Shown: in pieces, positions 62,101 to 64,000 of the stretch | Position numbering within the stretch: the first letter of the stretch is position 1 | Layout of the letters: every line of letters begins with the position of its first letter | Source of the DNA: Methanotrichaceae archaeon | GTDB lineage: Archaea; Halobacteriota; Methanosarcinia; Methanotrichales; Methanotrichaceae | Length of the DNA stretch: 64,000 bases | Assembly (NCBI GenBank): GCA_963748825.1 | Contig: CAVVKN010000006.1 | Coordinates: 32,001 to 96,000 of the forward strand | Direction: 5' to 3' | Translations under genes and position numbers: made by a program | The notes under the pieces: model-generated | The model's input: only the letters and a program-made list of their open reading frames with translations | Told to the model about the DNA's origin: nothing | The model's database searches: none

Positions 62101-63379
62101 AGTGAAGAAAGTCCTGAGCTACCGATGGGCGGTGTTCGGGATCCTGGCCTTCGCTTACTTCTTTGTATACTTCCACAGGGTGTCCTCGGCAGTCGTGTCT
62201 ACCGACCTGCAGATCACCTTCGGAGTGAGCACGGCCGCCTCCATCGCACTTTTGAGCTCTGTGTATTTCTACGCCTACACTATCATGCAGTTGCCGTCTG
62301 GATTATTGACAGACAACTGGGGGCCACGCAAAACGGTCAGCTTCTTCACGCTTGTAGCCGCGGCCGGCGCGATCCTAACCGGGATCGCATCTACGTTCGA
62401 GACGGTCATCGCAGGACGATTGTTGATCGGCATAGGCGTGGCCATGGTTTACATCCCCACCATGAAGATCTTGGCCGCCTGGTATCGCAAGAATGAGTTC
62501 GCTTCTCTTTCTGGTATCCTGCTAGCGGTGGGCAACATCGGAGCCCTGAGCGCCGCTGGCCCTTTGGCCTTGATGTCCGACGCCCTAGGCTGGCAGCAGG
62601 TCTTCATCATACTGGGCGTGATCACGCTCGTCCTGGCGGCTTTAGCCTGGATGATCACTCGGGACCGTCCCTCCGACATGAACCTTCCCAGTATCCAGGA
62701 GATCGAGGCCATGGAGTTGGGCGAGTTGGCCCCTGAGGTCAAGACTATGGAGAAGATCCCCATGGGCAGGGCTCTCAAGATGACTTTCGGGGCAGGAATG
62801 AAGTTCTGGCCCCTAGCCATATGGTTTTTCTTCATGTACGGCAGCATCATGGTCTATCAAGGACTGTGGGCGGGACCGTTTTTCCATGACATCCTGGGAT
62901 GGGACAGGCCCACCTACGGGCTGGTGCTAACCTTCATCGGGATAGGCATGATCTTCGGCTGCCCTACTGCCGGGTACATCTCTGATAAGATCCTAAAGTC
63001 CCGCAAGAAGGTGCTCATAATAGGGACCGTGGTGTATACGATCATCTGGGCGATAATATGGATAACCGCCGGGCATATCACCAGTACTGAGACCTATATG
63101 GCGATAAACTTCGCCTTCGGCTTCTTCGGCGGGTTCTTCGTGGTAAGCTTCGCTCAGATCAAAGAGCTGTTTCCAATAAGCATCGTGGGGACGAGCACCG
63201 CGGCTCTCAACATATTCCCCTTCGCCGGCGGGGCCATTCTGCAGCAGGTCTCCGGCCTGATGCTGGCCACCAGGTCCCTGGAATCCTACCAGGGCTTATG
63301 GCTGTTCATGCTGATATGCATGATTATCGCTACGGTGGCGGCCTTCCTATCCAAAGAGAAGGAACCAGGCAAAAGCTAG
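62101..63379 (+). CDS. MFS transporter
   Basis: YFHR, QLPSGLLTDNWGPRK, GYISDKI; about 12 TM helices. Start is probably the ATG at about 62081, so the 5' boundary is uncertain. Confidence 0.9.
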
Positions 63380-63624
63380 GGATAGATATCCGGGGCCTAG
63401 CTTAAAGTGCGAAGGGTTTTAGGGGACTAATCGCCCTTGCCGCCGATCCCAGGAATGGGACGGACTGGCCGAGCGCAGCTGCCCTCAGGCATATGCTCGA
63501 ACGAGTTAAGCAGAGGCACTTCTTAAAGCTCACAAACGAGGGCCGATGGTCGAGAAACATAATCCACCCCTACCTTCATCTCGACCTGAGCCAGCTACAT
63601 GGTATAGAGCAGCTCTGCGGTTGC

Positions 63625-63807
63625 TCAAGGCTTAATATAAGCATTCAATCCGATGGTGATCGGCTTATCATTAACTTTAGCGGTAGTAACGATATTCCCA
63701 TGTGTACTTGCAACAACAAGGGTTTTACCGGATGACGATGGGGTTGGTTCTTCCAGGTCAATTTCTATGAATAGCTTGTTATCCTTGATTTCTACTTTCA
63801 TAGTCAT
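63625..63807 (-). CDS. Small conserved beta-rich hypothetical protein
   Basis: MTMKVEIKDNKLFIEIDL..P.PSSSGKTLVVASTHGN...IGLNAY; AGGAG RBS. Confidence 0.7.
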   Translation of the reverse strand: MTMKVEIKDNKLFIEIDLEEPTPSSSGKTLVVASTHGNIVTTAKVNDKPITIGLNAYIKP

Positions 63808-64000
63808 ACGAGTTCTCCTATTGGCCATTTTTTCGACATGCTCATCTATTACCCTTTCCCTGAGAGATCCTCAGACATTTTTCGATGATTTTCGCGTTGC
63901 AACCATTTATTACTTTTCCTGTGGGTCTCTTTTTCTTTAGCGGTTGAGAAATCGTTAGCGGCGTGTTCGGGTCGTTGCCTCCAGAAGGATAACCCTCCAC

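Overview
Archaeal methanogen DNA, most likely Methanothrix (Methanosaeta)-like, judged from methanogenesis markers 9 and 14, MCR component A2 (atwA), Tfx and archaeal RadA/RadB/RPA. The window has three zones. (1) 1-25,970 is an AT-rich, decayed accessory island abutting the 3' end of an intron-containing tRNA-Ser(UGA). It holds at least 10 IS copies or fragments from about 7 families, many with readable inverted repeats and target-site duplications (TSDs). It also holds three regulators each cut by a different IS, a DUF3987 replication module with an inverted 9-bp iteron-like array, two relics of a catalytic-domain-only tyrosine integrase, and four copies of an unannotated AAAAAGTC(T/C)AC...GT..ACTTTTT hairpin that appear to delimit tandem integrated units. 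(2) About 26,200-53,000 is GC-richer core genome (mtaD, aroA', tupABC-tfx, marker 14, radA-rpa-atwA-metG, radB-citG-marker 9), with small cryptic elements between genes. (3) About 53,000-64,000 is a mixed zone around tRNA-Gly(CCC) with paralogs of island genes, small ORFs and pseudogenes. The best candidate for an undescribed system is the mini-integrase / hairpin-site / DUF3987 tandem element array at about 390-12,800. All assignments are by eye and from remembered motifs; no database searches were run.
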